DNA from: a virus
Length of the DNA stretch: 64,000 nt
Direction: 5' to 3' (one strand)
Virus record (IMG/VR): IMGVR_UViG_3300045988_079560
Below are positions 19,708 to 29,901 of this stretch, piece after piece. Under the pieces are notes generated by a model. That model was not told the DNA's origin. It searched no databases and saw only the letters and a program-made list of their open reading frames with translations. Both the position numbers and the translations under genes were made by a program. Numbering within the stretch: position 1 is the stretch's first letter; every line of letters begins with the position of its first letter.

Positions 19708-19989
19708 TAGGAAAGGAGAAACATGAGGGTAAAAAAGGTTTGCAGATGCAAAACTTGTCAAAAAATATACCCCAACGGAATCGTGGAGATATGTAATTGC
19801 GGAACTATTTTGGGAGAAAAGATACCGAGAGCTGAAAGATTAAGCAAAATGTTCATTCCGGGCGCAACAATTACATTCAATCCAGAGGCATTTCAAGGAT
19901 ATGAAGAGGGGGTATTAAGAGCGACCGATAATTGCGAAACCATTGTTGCAAGAAAAAGATTTTTACGAAGATGGGAGGTTATTTAGCTG

Positions 19990-20547
19990 ATGAGTAGTTT
20001 TGTACCGATTTATGCGGTAGATTTCGATGGAACGCTCTGCGAAAGCAAGTGGCCCGGAATTGGCGCACCTAACAAAAAACTGATACAGCACCTCGTTCAA
20101 CGCAGAGCAGAGGGCGCAAAAGTGATACTTTGGACTTGCAGAGTGGAAGAACATCTGAAAGAGGCGGTGGACTGGTGCGGTAAATTTGGTTTGGAGTTTG
20201 ATGCAGTCAACGACAATCTGCCTGAAAATATTGAAAAATATGGGAACAACCCAAGAAAGGTGTATGCCACTTGTTATATTGACGATTTAGCCGTGGATAA
20301 AAACAAATACGATCTTCCGTTTCATACTGACGAAGAGATAGACTACTCAAAATTCGATAAATACCCTATCGGAAGTGAGTGGATGTTAAAGACGGAATAT
20401 GCAGAGTTACCAGTGATAATAGAAGAGGTAAATGCTTTTCATGGGTATATCAGTGCGAGAAGCACGAGTGAAGAGGACAAATTTAGATTTTTCAAAGTCC
20501 GCCGTGATATTGAATGGTTTTACGACAAATTATTTCCAAAGGAGTGA
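19990..20547 (+). CDS. HAD-like phosphatase
   Basis: IYAVDFDGTLCESKWPGIG. Confidence 0.75.
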   Translation: MSSFVPIYAVDFDGTLCESKWPGIGAPNKKLIQHLVQRRAEGAKVILWTCRVEEHLKEAVDWCGKFGLEFDAVNDNLPENIEKYGNNPRKVYATCYIDDLAVDKNKYDLPFHTDEEIDYSKFDKYPIGSEWMLKTEYAELPVIIEEVNAFHGYISARSTSEEDKFRFFKVRRDIEWFYDKLFPKE

Positions 20548-20554
20548 TTCAATT

Positions 20555-20710
20555 ATGAAGAAAAAGAAAATCAATCCGCAGGAATTTGACTGTGGATGTT
20601 GCGGAAATCAGATTTATAAGAGCCGTCTTAGAGACGAGGTAAAGTGCTGTTATTGCGGTTATATCAATCATGTAGGGAAATACACAGGTAGGAGGAAGAG
20701 ACTTGGATAA
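20555..20710 (+). CDS. Small zinc-finger protein
   Basis: FDCGCCGNQIYKSR...VKCCYCGY. Confidence 0.6.
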   Translation: MKKKKINPQEFDCGCCGNQIYKSRLRDEVKCCYCGYINHVGKYTGRRKRLG

Positions 20711-21515
20711 AACGAAAATAGAGTGGGCTGACAGCACATGGAATCCGATTACCGGCTGCCGTCATAAATGCCCTTATTGTTATGCCAGAGGCATTGCAAA
20801 CCGTTTTGTATCACGGAAAGGATGCCATCTGGTAGAACCGGAGACGTACAAACTTGGAGACGATGGTTCTGAAACTTATGAGATAAATGAGCAACCGTAT
20901 TATGTTGATGATGAGACCGGAAAACAATTCAGATGCGCCTATCCGCATGGATTTGTGCCGACAATCCACAGATACCGCATGGGAGAATACAGAGACAAAA
21001 AGAGGCAGAGAAATATCTTTGTCGGATCAATGTCGGATGTGTTTGGAGAGTGGGTTCCTGATAGATGGATCAGGGAAGTGTTTAATGCTTGTGAGAAAGC
21101 TCCGCAGCATAATTACCTCTTCCTCACGAAGAATCCCGGAAGATATATGGAGCTGCATCATTATGGAGAATTACCACTCAGAGATAATATGTGGTACGGA
21201 ACGACAGTCACAGATCCAGATACGGAGTATATGGGGCAGGACGGACACTATGAGTTCCATACGTTTTTGTCAGTAGAGCCTATACTGGCAGACTTCGGAG
21301 AACTGAGTGAGAAATCATACATCCCGGAGTGGATCATCGTAGGAGCGGAGACTGGCAGCAGAAAGGATAAAGTCATACCAAGACGAGAATGGATTGAAAA
21401 TATTGTGGAGCAGTGCAGAAAGTACAACATACCGGTATTTATGAAACCAAGCCTCACGGACATTTGGGGCGAAGAACTCATTCAAGAGTTTCCGAAAGCC
21501 CTTATTCATGCCTGA
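20703..21515 (+). CDS. Phage Gp37/Gp68 family (DUF5131) radical-SAM-like protein
   Basis: KIEWADSTWNPITGCRHKCPYCYA...FLTKNPGRYME...WIIVGAETG. Confidence 0.88.
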   Translation: MDKTKIEWADSTWNPITGCRHKCPYCYARGIANRFVSRKGCHLVEPETYKLGDDGSETYEINEQPYYVDDETGKQFRCAYPHGFVPTIHRYRMGEYRDKKRQRNIFVGSMSDVFGEWVPDRWIREVFNACEKAPQHNYLFLTKNPGRYMELHHYGELPLRDNMWYGTTVTDPDTEYMGQDGHYEFHTFLSVEPILADFGELSEKSYIPEWIIVGAETGSRKDKVIPRREWIENIVEQCRKYNIPVFMKPSLTDIWGEELIQEFPKALIHA

Positions 21516-21688
21516 TTTATTCCAGAGCATTGATAAGAATATGGTTAAATCGCCGGTAGCGTACTGCAAAACACACAAAGGGTATCTATCAACGAAGCAA
21601 ATGAAAGTCCATAAGTGCCTGCAGATAGGATGCACTGGACTGGAAAGATTGGAACATCCCTACTGGGAGGAACGCCAACGGAAAAAGG

Positions 21689-22300
21689 ATGAAGCGAAGA
21701 GAAAAAAGAAGCAACAGTAAATTGGTTCATGTTTCATTTGATGAAGTAGAGAGATTTGTTCCGAGAGTTCCGAAACAGATCTGCCCGGATGAGGATAACA
21801 CCACTCCGAGGATATGCGTAGCACCTAACATATTGAGTGCAATCCAAGCGATGCCGCAAGGCGGAACAGTAGCGTACAACATGGCAAGGGTTGGCGTACC
21901 GGTTGTTATCCATGCGTATTACATAGAGAGTGATGCTATCCTCATGCCGGAACAGATAGCGGATAAAGTGCCGGATGCCGTTGCCACAGGAGAAATGTGG
22001 GTTATGGCAGTTCCGGCAGCAGTCCGCCGAATAGACTACGAGATTGTTGATCCGTATGTGCCTATGAGGATTGATAGGAATGGCACGAGAGAGCGATTTC
22101 TTGTATGGTACGGAGAATTGAAACGGGTTCAGTATCAGGATAATTGGAGAAATCTATCTACCAGAACAGCCAGAAATCAAAAGGCGGTAGAGTGGTTTAT
22201 GGAAAATAAGCCAGACATATCGTACAGAACATTTATGTCAAATATGGACGATGAACTATTGAAATCATTCCATGTGGAATTACAGGAGGTATGGGAGTGA
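21689..22300 (+). CDS. Hypothetical protein
   Basis: 203 aa operon ORF. Confidence 0.55.
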   Translation: MKRREKRSNSKLVHVSFDEVERFVPRVPKQICPDEDNTTPRICVAPNILSAIQAMPQGGTVAYNMARVGVPVVIHAYYIESDAILMPEQIADKVPDAVATGEMWVMAVPAAVRRIDYEIVDPYVPMRIDRNGTRERFLVWYGELKRVQYQDNWRNLSTRTARNQKAVEWFMENKPDISYRTFMSNMDDELLKSFHVELQEVWE

Positions 22301-22602
22301 ACAAACAGAAGAAATTAGCAAAACAGAATACGCCGTTGTATAAGAGAGTACCGACACTTAATCTGGTGGACTATTCAGATATAAAAGTGCCGCTAGTAGT
22401 GATATATGACAGCCCGAAAGACTTTCCGGGAAAAGTGGTGGCAAGAGTATGGGACGGAGAGAAGAATCGGCCAACGAATGTTTACTGCGAATATGAAAAC
22501 CTTAAAAGATGCGAAGATGATGTAATGTCAGCCGGATTCGTGTTCAAATTTCCAAGGGCACCGGAGGACGATGCGTGCATCGTTGAAACATACATGAGAT
22601 AG
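22291..22602 (+). CDS. Hypothetical protein
   Basis: ORF. Confidence 0.5.
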   Translation: MGVNKQKKLAKQNTPLYKRVPTLNLVDYSDIKVPLVVIYDSPKDFPGKVVARVWDGEKNRPTNVYCEYENLKRCEDDVMSAGFVFKFPRAPEDDACIVETYMR

Positions 22603-22612
22603 GAGGATTGCA

Positions 22613-22891
22613 ATGGCAAAGAAGAGAAGCTGCCGCAGAACAGTAAATGAAGATAAGGTACATGAAAAAGCGGTTAAAATTCGCAAAATGACCGATGAAC
22701 AGTTGGTGCAGTATGTCAATGACAGAGCGGAAAAAGCCAGGAGTGAGGGATTTAATCAGGGAAAGAAATCGGCTACCGGAATGACAGTCAATGATTTTCT
22801 GAAAGAAATCTCAAAAATCAAAGGTGTTGGAGATGTCACAATCTGCAAAATCATGGAGCATTTCAGAGAGAAAGGAATCCGGGATGAATAA
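22613..22891 (+). CDS. Hypothetical protein
   Basis: ORF with helix-hairpin-like ISKIKGVGDVTICKIMEHF. Confidence 0.5.
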   Translation: MAKKRSCRRTVNEDKVHEKAVKIRKMTDEQLVQYVNDRAEKARSEGFNQGKKSATGMTVNDFLKEISKIKGVGDVTICKIMEHFREKGIRDE

Positions 22892-23345
22892 GACACCACT
22901 GCAAATATTCGAGGAACGTAACGAAAAGGATTGCTGTCTCAACTGCGGAAAACTGATTGTTAAGCAGACAGACGCAGGGCATATAAATTTCTGCGGAGAA
23001 ACAGGAAAGATCATTCTCGATATGTTCCTTGATGTTGGAACCCATTTTCCAAAATGCAAGTATGAGAGAAAGGAGGAACCTATGCGTATACAGAATAACA
23101 TTTTCATCAAGGCAGTAGCAATCAGAGAAGAGGACGGATTGGAAATCGGAACTGAATATGATGTAGAGGACATTATGATGGGGCAGAGCAATACGAGTGT
23201 GAGCTTAGTAGGAATGAAAGGATCGTTTAATAGTATTTCATTCAAGTTCATGCACGATGGCAGAGAGATTGACATTTTCAGAAGCCCCTTAATCAACCCG
23301 TATATGAGATTTAACGGCAACAACGGGATTTGTTATAAGGAGTAG
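22884..23345 (+). CDS. Hypothetical protein
   Basis: ORF overlapping previous stop. Confidence 0.5.
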   Translation: MNKTPLQIFEERNEKDCCLNCGKLIVKQTDAGHINFCGETGKIILDMFLDVGTHFPKCKYERKEEPMRIQNNIFIKAVAIREEDGLEIGTEYDVEDIMMGQSNTSVSLVGMKGSFNSISFKFMHDGREIDIFRSPLINPYMRFNGNNGICYKE

Positions 23346-23348
23346 CTG

Positions 23349-23630
23349 ATGATAAAAACGTGGTATGAGGAATATGAGAAGATAAAGGATAAGGCGATAG
23401 TGGTATTTGGATATGAGTGGGAGTCTATGGCAGATGAACAGAAAGAGAAGATCCTAGCAGAGAAAACCGTGATAATGAGCGGAGACAGCGGATATGCCTG
23501 CAAACGCTATCAAATTATCGGAAACGCAAACAATCTGTCAGACCATGAATGTGCCATAATAGCGGATGGTGGAAACCTTTGCTTTGGGTACAGAATGGAG
23601 GGACAGGAAATCGTTGTATACACAGATTAA
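23349..23630 (+). CDS. Hypothetical protein
   Basis: ORF. Confidence 0.45.
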   Translation: MIKTWYEEYEKIKDKAIVVFGYEWESMADEQKEKILAEKTVIMSGDSGYACKRYQIIGNANNLSDHECAIIADGGNLCFGYRMEGQEIVVYTD

Positions 23631-23641
23631 AGGAGGACAAT

Positions 23642-24025
23642 ATGGAAGCAAGAGAACTGGCAAATAAGCTCTATGGACGAGCATACGGAGATAGTTTCGA
23701 TGATGTGCTGGAAGAGGCAAAACAGAGTGGTCTCGTCATTGTGACGGGCGCATCAGATGATTTGATGGAGTTCAATGGAGCAATCTGCGACGAGGGAGGC
23801 TGTTTTGATGGTGGAAGAGTTTATTTCGATAAGGACGGAGTAGATCAGGAGGGAGAAGAACGTGCCAACTGGATAGATGCCAGATGGTGTGATGGAATGA
23901 ACCGAGACGGACTTCCGGCAACATGGACGTATGAGACAGAAATTCCTTGTGAGAGATTTGATATTTGGGAAGATGGAGAGGTCTACTGCGTAGGTTTGGT
24001 GTTCTCAATCGAGGATCTGAAATGA
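23642..24025 (+). CDS. Hypothetical protein
   Basis: ORF with RBS. Confidence 0.5.
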   Translation: MEARELANKLYGRAYGDSFDDVLEEAKQSGLVIVTGASDDLMEFNGAICDEGGCFDGGRVYFDKDGVDQEGEERANWIDARWCDGMNRDGLPATWTYETEIPCERFDIWEDGEVYCVGLVFSIEDLK

Positions 24026-24645
24026 AAACCGCAGAAACCGTAGCATTGGAAAAGGCAATCAGAAGAGCCACATACAAAATGGGAACATTTGGCTGCTATG
24101 AGGTAACGATAGGATATGGCGGCAGAGAACGTGTGGACTACATGACATACGACACCAAGGGCATTTTCCGATGCTACGAGGTCAAGGTATCAAAGGCAGA
24201 TTTCCATAGTGCAGCAGTTAAATCGTTCGTAGGTCACTACAACTATTATGTGCTTACCAGAGAACTTTACGATCAGGTCAAAGGAGAGATTCCAGACTGG
24301 GTTGGTGTGTATATTGGCGATTACTGCGCCAAGAGAGCCAAGAAACAAGATTTATCCGGTAGGGAATACAAGACACGCAGATCAATCAATGGGCGCAGTA
24401 CAGAGGTATCTACGCCGTGGGAGGATATGCTCAAAGAAAGCATGATCCGGTCGCTGTACCGTGACTCAGATAAGCTGATTCAGACAGAGGACGAGCAGTA
24501 CATAAGCCGTCTCAGAAGCCAGATTGACAAGGCAAGGACTGAAAGGGACAGAGAATCAAAGAAGTACCTCAGATTATGGAAAGCCGTAAGGAAAGAATTT
24601 GGCGATGAAAAGGCATGGGAACTCATAGAAAAGGCAGAGGAATAA
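24022..24645 (+). CDS. MmcB-like / restriction-endonuclease-fold DNA repair protein
   Basis: VDYMTYDTKGIFRCYEVKVSKADFHS...HYNYYVLT. Confidence 0.65.
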   Translation: MKTAETVALEKAIRRATYKMGTFGCYEVTIGYGGRERVDYMTYDTKGIFRCYEVKVSKADFHSAAVKSFVGHYNYYVLTRELYDQVKGEIPDWVGVYIGDYCAKRAKKQDLSGREYKTRRSINGRSTEVSTPWEDMLKESMIRSLYRDSDKLIQTEDEQYISRLRSQIDKARTERDRESKKYLRLWKAVRKEFGDEKAWELIEKAEE

Positions 24646-24655
24646 AACCTCTGCC
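24633..24655. terminator. Bidirectional terminator between converging genes
   Basis: GGCAGAGG-aataaaa-CCTCTGCC. Confidence 0.8.
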
Positions 24656-24660
24656 TTAAA

Positions 24661-25341
24661 TTATTTCCTGCCATTTATGGCAATCACTACATCATCAAAA
24701 CCGGAATCAGAGTAGCAAGTGCCCTCCTGAGAAAGAGTTGTACCTGGCTGCAATTCTTGGTTATCATCCATAAAAGATAATTCGCTAAAATTAACCATCT
24801 TCCCATCTTTAAGGTACACCACATCCATCCACACATAATCTGCGGCGGAAGTTCCGTTGTTTGTCACGGATGCAACAATGCCGCTGTCGGTAGTATTGTA
24901 GTCAACGGATAAGTCAGAATAGACAGGAGAGTATTCTTTTTCCTCAGATACGGACAGCACGTAATCAAAACTATCAATCTTATCCCATTCATCAAATGTA
25001 GTCCATATACCGGCTGTTTGCCCTGGAGCAACCGCTTTTGTTCCATCACTGGAAGAACCAACCATACTGCCGGAAGAATCCAATGCGGTCACATTCAGAT
25101 CAATACTTACAACCTTATCTGAATTGTTTGTTACATACATAACGTAATACATAAAAGAATCATCCACAGTACAGGAATAATCCTGCGTACTCATCAAATC
25201 TGCAAGGTTTGTTTTGTCTTTACTTTCTGTCGTAGTCGTGACCACAGTAGTGCCATTTTTGGTAGATGTACCGCCACCACAACCAGTCAAAAGAACGGCC
25301 GACAGTAACAGTATGGCAAAATATCTCATCTTCATAGACAT
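24661..25341 (-). CDS. Lipoprotein
   Basis: MKMRYFAILLLSAVLLTGCGG lipobox. Confidence 0.8.
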   Translation of the reverse strand: MSMKMRYFAILLLSAVLLTGCGGGTSTKNGTTVVTTTTESKDKTNLADLMSTQDYSCTVDDSFMYYVMYVTNNSDKVVSIDLNVTALDSSGSMVGSSSDGTKAVAPGQTAGIWTTFDEWDKIDSFDYVLSVSEEKEYSPVYSDLSVDYNTTDSGIVASVTNNGTSAADYVWMDVVYLKDGKMVNFSELSFMDDNQELQPGTTLSQEGTCYSDSGFDDVVIAINGRK

Positions 25342-25398
25342 ATCCTCCCTATATAAATGTTTAGTCCATTATACATCAATGTGTCTATCAATGCCACA

Positions 25399-26604
25399 TT
25401 ATTCGCTTGCCTTGAAATTATATATAGGTTTCAGAATCGCAAGAATATCAACGGTTTCTCCAATACATTCCACAATCTCATCAATAGGCTTGTATGCCAT
25501 CGGTGCCTCATCTATGGTTTCCTCTGACACAGAAGTAGTGTAGATACCGTCCATAGAGTGTGAATAGTCTCTCATGCTGAGAGTTTCCTTTGCTTTCATC
25601 CGGGACATAATCCGTCCGGCTCCGTGCGGCGCAGAACAGTTCCAATCCTCATTTCCCTTACCGGTTCCGAGAATACATCCGTCACGCATATTGATGGGGA
25701 TAAGAACCTTTTCTCCGTACTTGGCAGAGATGGCACCTTTACGGACGATGTTGGAGTCGTGGTCGATATAATTGTGGATGCACTCAAAGAAGTCCGGCAT
25801 ATCTGCATCAACACCCCATCCCATGTGATTGCATATAATCTGAGCAATCATAACACGGTTCATGTAGGCAAACTTCTGACATATCCTCATATCATGGAGA
25901 TACTGTTCACGGTACTTACCATCTAAATAACAGAGGTCTTTCGGCAATTTCGGAGTGACAGCACGGAAGTTTCGGCGCAGCTCCTTGATTGCGGATTCAA
26001 TCTCAGATTTTCTTCCAGCGGCTTTGTAGTCGGCAATGAGCTTTTCCTGACGATCATACAAATCATCCTTACCGCACATCAACTCATAGGCAAGGTTCTG
26101 ATAGTAGTCTGCCACCTGTTTCCCAAGATTGCGGCTGCCGGTATGGATAACCAGATACTTATAACCGTCCTCCGCAACATCAACCTCGATGAAATGATTA
26201 CCACCGCCGAGAGTGCCGATAGAACGCTCAATACGCTTAGTATCTCTCAATTCACGGTAGCAGTGAAGATTCTGCAATTCATCAAAACGGATCTGCCGGC
26301 CATCATGCACATTTCTTCCACTTGGAACATAGGTGCGAATGACATTATCCAATCTCTCAAAGTCGATTTCTCCGTGTCCGATGCTTACGCAGAGCATACC
26401 ACATCCAATATCCACGCCGACAATGTTCGGAATTACTTTGTTTCCGAGATCCGCAGTAAAGCCAATGACACATCCCTTTCCGGCGTGAACATCCGGCATG
26501 ATACGAACCTTACAGTCCTTAAAGGCATCCTGAGACAGAAGAGTGTTAATCTGTTCCAAAGCCTCATCTTCGATGGTTTTTGCATAAACTTTCAAATTAC
26601 TCAT
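25399..26604 (-). CDS. rtcB: RtcB family RNA ligase
   Basis: MPDVHAGKGCVIGFTA; VGVDIGCGM; GTLGGGNHFIEV; HTGSRNLG; CSAPHGAGRIMSR. Confidence 0.96.
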   Translation of the reverse strand: MSNLKVYAKTIEDEALEQINTLLSQDAFKDCKVRIMPDVHAGKGCVIGFTADLGNKVIPNIVGVDIGCGMLCVSIGHGEIDFERLDNVIRTYVPSGRNVHDGRQIRFDELQNLHCYRELRDTKRIERSIGTLGGGNHFIEVDVAEDGYKYLVIHTGSRNLGKQVADYYQNLAYELMCGKDDLYDRQEKLIADYKAAGRKSEIESAIKELRRNFRAVTPKLPKDLCYLDGKYREQYLHDMRICQKFAYMNRVMIAQIICNHMGWGVDADMPDFFECIHNYIDHDSNIVRKGAISAKYGEKVLIPINMRDGCILGTGKGNEDWNCSAPHGAGRIMSRMKAKETLSMRDYSHSMDGIYTTSVSEETIDEAPMAYKPIDEIVECIGETVDILAILKPIYNFKASE

Positions 26605-26614
26605 AGTGATCCTC

Positions 26615-27304
26615 CTATACTTTGTATGTTTTGTTATTTTCAGAATTTCCGTTGTATTTTGTGAAAGGGCGAACCCATACACGCTTGCCAGTCTTGGTGA
26701 TCCGATAGAACCCTCTTACACTTACCTGTTCAGTAGGCTTTGTGTAGTGCCGTTTTGCACCATCTGCAGGAATAGGTCTGCTATCAATGCGGTATGTGGT
26801 TATCAGTGGTGTAGCACCGCCAGAACGGCGCAGGCTTTTTCGATGCTTATGAGAAATGCGTTTCTCTTTCTGCTCCGTAGTCTCAATGCAGTTGCGGTAA
26901 TGAGTTGCAAAACACATGAGAGAGTGGAACTTCAATGCCTCCTTGTATGGCGTTCTGTCAGCGGCAAGAACCATCCGGGCAACCTTTCGTTTCTCTTTGC
27001 TTAATCCGGCAGGAAAGACAATGTTTTCGATTTCCTGAGTTTTCGGATCATACCGATAATTGCAGACATACACGCCACCCATATACAGATGCAGCCTGAC
27101 GAATACACCCTCCTGCTCATAATAGAATTTAATATCTTCCTCCGGCAGCTCAACCAATGCGGAGGGGATGGGGATGCGGAACTCTTCGGCATCCAACCAA
27201 TCTTTATTTTGCTGATACCATTCAATGATCTTCTCTGTTTTCCCGATGGTATCGACTATGATTTTATTGCAGTTTGTAATATCAATCATGCCTAAGACCT
27301 CCAT
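26615..27304 (-). CDS. Hypothetical protein upstream of RtcB on the minus strand
   Basis: 229 aa ORF, RBS. Confidence 0.6.
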   Translation of the reverse strand: MEVLGMIDITNCNKIIVDTIGKTEKIIEWYQQNKDWLDAEEFRIPIPSALVELPEEDIKFYYEQEGVFVRLHLYMGGVYVCNYRYDPKTQEIENIVFPAGLSKEKRKVARMVLAADRTPYKEALKFHSLMCFATHYRNCIETTEQKEKRISHKHRKSLRRSGGATPLITTYRIDSRPIPADGAKRHYTKPTEQVSVRGFYRITKTGKRVWVRPFTKYNGNSENNKTYKV

Positions 27305-27310
27305 TTCTTC

Positions 27311-27565
27311 AATGGTTCCTTATAGCATTTGTCTATTTGGACACGTTCTTATCAAGCGGCATCGTGCGCTCCGCCGGAGATACGCGAATGTCAGGAGATC
27401 CCACTATCCTTATCCGGTTTCGCATTAAAGCCGGAAAACCTGTCAACCAACAAAGGGATGGTGTATGCCGTTATCAACCCTCATACCGGCAGCAGTTTTC
27501 ACATTAAAAACTGCCAGAAACCTGTTACACGACACTCAAATAGACAAATCTTATAAGGAACCATT
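27311..27565. ncRNA. Candidate structured RNA bounded by a ~30-bp near-perfect inverted repeat
   Basis: AATGGTTCCTTATAgcATTTGTCTATTTG ... CAAATAGACAAATctTATAAGGAACCATT, inner hairpins, no ORF. Confidence 0.6.
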
Positions 27566-27579
27566 ACTAGATATGCGCC

Positions 27580-28176
27580 TCATTTTGGGCGGTAAATAAT
27601 ATCAACGTGGGAATCTAATGCCTGTTCAATCTTTTCGTCCGTAACACCCAAGTAACGAGCCGTAACGGCGGCGGAACTGTGCTGATACAGGCGGCGGACC
27701 AGTTCAATGTCCTTTCCGTTCTTGTAGTAAATCTCTGTTCCGAAGTATTTACGGAACGAATGGGTGGATATATCCTCATACCCAGGACCGAGCCAGTCGC
27801 AAACCTTTTTCAGATGCTTTTGCACTGCCCGGACACCGATAGGGAATATCAGATCATCGCCCTCAATGCCCTCAGAGTCCGCATATTCAAGGAGGAAGTT
27901 GTAGACCTGTTCCTGAACCTTGAAACGGCGAACCTTTCCGGTCTTATGCTCAATAATATTAAAAGCGTGACCGGATGGCGTCTTGATAAAAGAGGAACGC
28001 CGGAGGGAGAGTGTATCTCCAATACGCAATCCTACATTCGCCTCAATAACGAGGATCGTAGCAATCCTGGGATTAGGCTGCACGCAGTCTCCAATGCCCT
28101 CATATAAAGTTTTTATGATAGTCTCGTACTGTTCATGCGTACAAGCTGTTGTTGTCTTTCCTGCCATTCTAACCAT
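27580..28176 (-). CDS. Tyrosine recombinase/XerC-like
   Basis: VEANVGLRIGDTLSLRRSSF; STHSFRKYFGTEIY; HSSAAVTARYLG. Confidence 0.85.
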   Translation of the reverse strand: MVRMAGKTTTACTHEQYETIIKTLYEGIGDCVQPNPRIATILVIEANVGLRIGDTLSLRRSSFIKTPSGHAFNIIEHKTGKVRRFKVQEQVYNFLLEYADSEGIEGDDLIFPIGVRAVQKHLKKVCDWLGPGYEDISTHSFRKYFGTEIYYKNGKDIELVRRLYQHSSAAVTARYLGVTDEKIEQALDSHVDIIYRPK

Positions 28177-28184
28177 CCTCCTAC

Positions 28185-29471
28185 TTACTGATTTTTCATC
28201 AAACCGGCAACGACATTGTTGATTGCCGTCTCAGATACAAACCCACCTTGCAACCTTACCGGGGAAAGAGAACCGTTAGGGAGAAAGAGCATATCGCCAT
28301 GTCCCATGAGTTTTTCGCCGCCGGCCATATCCAATGCAACCATAGAGTTTGTGACTGTACCAACACGGAGACAGATCTTTGTAGGCATATTCGCCTTAAT
28401 CAATCCGGTAACAACCTTTGCAACCGGGTACTGTGTAGCGATTACAAGGTGGATGCCGCAGGCACGGGCTTTCTGTGCGATTCTTACAATATGTCCCTCA
28501 ACGGATTTTCCACCCATGCTCATAAGGTCTGATAACTCATCAATGAAAACTATGTCACGTCTCATAGGAGCATCTGCGAACTTCGCATTGTAGCTGTCAA
28601 TGTCACGGCAGCCGGTAGATGCAAGAACGGAGTAGCGGCGATCCATCTCAATACAAAGGTTCTTCAATAGCTCAACCGCACCATTTACCTCAGATACAAC
28701 CGTACACGCTGCAAGATTCTTGTAATACTCAAACTCTGTTGCTTTTGGGTCGATGATATATAAGTGCATCTGTGCCGGATTCTTTTTCATCAATAGAGAC
28801 AAGATGAGGTTATGCAGAACGATTGATTTACCAGATCCGGTCATACCAGAAATGAGGATATGGCAAGCCTTGGCAATATCAATATAATGTTTAGAACCAT
28901 CAACCGCCATGCCGATTGCCATTGTAAAACCATCGGTGGACTGGTACTCATTATCAATGAGCATATCGCCCAGGAACACGGTTTCTGTACCGGTCGGAAC
29001 CTCAATATACACATAGCCATTATCAAATCTCAAAGAGGCGTTGCAATGTAAGGCTGCCTGAAATTCCTTTTCATGTCTCAAAATAGCTTGTACCTGAGTT
29101 CCGGGAGCCGGTTCAATAACATACTGTGTAAGGCGTGGTCCCTGATTGATCTTTGCAAGGGTGGAGCGGAGGCGGAAAGAGTTCAATACACTCAATATGG
29201 TTTCGGCTTCGTTCTTTACTCCATGAGATCCCCATGAGGTGTGATAAGTCATATTGCCATCAACGGCAGGGAAGATATACGGCTTTGTAAGTTCATACGC
29301 CGGAGCGGTGGTAGCGGTCTGTCTCTCTGCGGACTCTTTCAGTCCTGTATTGAGAAGTGCGCGGGCCTCGCTGTGTTTTCTGTTTGCGGTCAATGCCTCC
29401 ATACAGTTGATAAATACGCTTTTCTTTCTCATGGTTCTCAATCCTTTCTTTACCGGATGCCGGTAGTACAC
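28185..29471 (-). CDS. FtsK/SpoIIIE-type DNA translocase
   Basis: HILISGMTGSGKSIVLHNLI; DIVFIDELSDLMSM; LVIATQYP. Confidence 0.9.
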   Translation of the reverse strand: MYYRHPVKKGLRTMRKKSVFINCMEALTANRKHSEARALLNTGLKESAERQTATTAPAYELTKPYIFPAVDGNMTYHTSWGSHGVKNEAETILSVLNSFRLRSTLAKINQGPRLTQYVIEPAPGTQVQAILRHEKEFQAALHCNASLRFDNGYVYIEVPTGTETVFLGDMLIDNEYQSTDGFTMAIGMAVDGSKHYIDIAKACHILISGMTGSGKSIVLHNLILSLLMKKNPAQMHLYIIDPKATEFEYYKNLAACTVVSEVNGAVELLKNLCIEMDRRYSVLASTGCRDIDSYNAKFADAPMRRDIVFIDELSDLMSMGGKSVEGHIVRIAQKARACGIHLVIATQYPVAKVVTGLIKANMPTKICLRVGTVTNSMVALDMAGGEKLMGHGDMLFLPNGSLSPVRLQGGFVSETAINNVVAGLMKNQ

Positions 29472-29646
29472 AATTTACTGTTCAATCTCTGCAACTCTTT
29501 CACATAGGTGTCAATAGCATCCTGCGATTTCGTATCACACACAAGGCGTTTCGCTTGTCCGGCGTTCTCTATCATCGTCAATACACTATCACTCAATAAT
29601 GTCTGTTCTCTATCTGTCAATGAAATAACTACCATGTTCATACCTC

Positions 29647-29901
29647 CTACAACATATCATTACTTGAAAAAGTATTCAAAAGGATCTCATTGTCGGTTTC
29701 TGTTATATCCAGATAGTTGCCGGAATCATCAATAATACTTAATGCTTTTTCTTTGGTTATAGGTCTTTTCTCTGCGCCCCTAAAAGCGAAGCCATATCGG
29801 AACATCAAAGGCTTTTCGGATGCCTCAACAACTTCCTTTGCCTTGGCTCTGTCTAAAGTTCCATCGTAGAATGACATTTTTATCATAATTCCGCCTCCCA
29901 T
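29647..29901 (-). CDS. Hypothetical protein
   Basis: ORF. Confidence 0.45.
   Translation of the reverse strand: MGGGIMIKMSFYDGTLDRAKAKEVVEASEKPLMFRYGFAFRGAEKRPITKEKALSIIDDSGNYLDITETDNEILLNTFSSNDML

Noticed and set aside
28185-29471. FtsK-like protein as the packaging terminase
   Set aside because: A bona fide large terminase is present at 43515-45167 and the FtsK ORF has SpoIIIE-type motifs.
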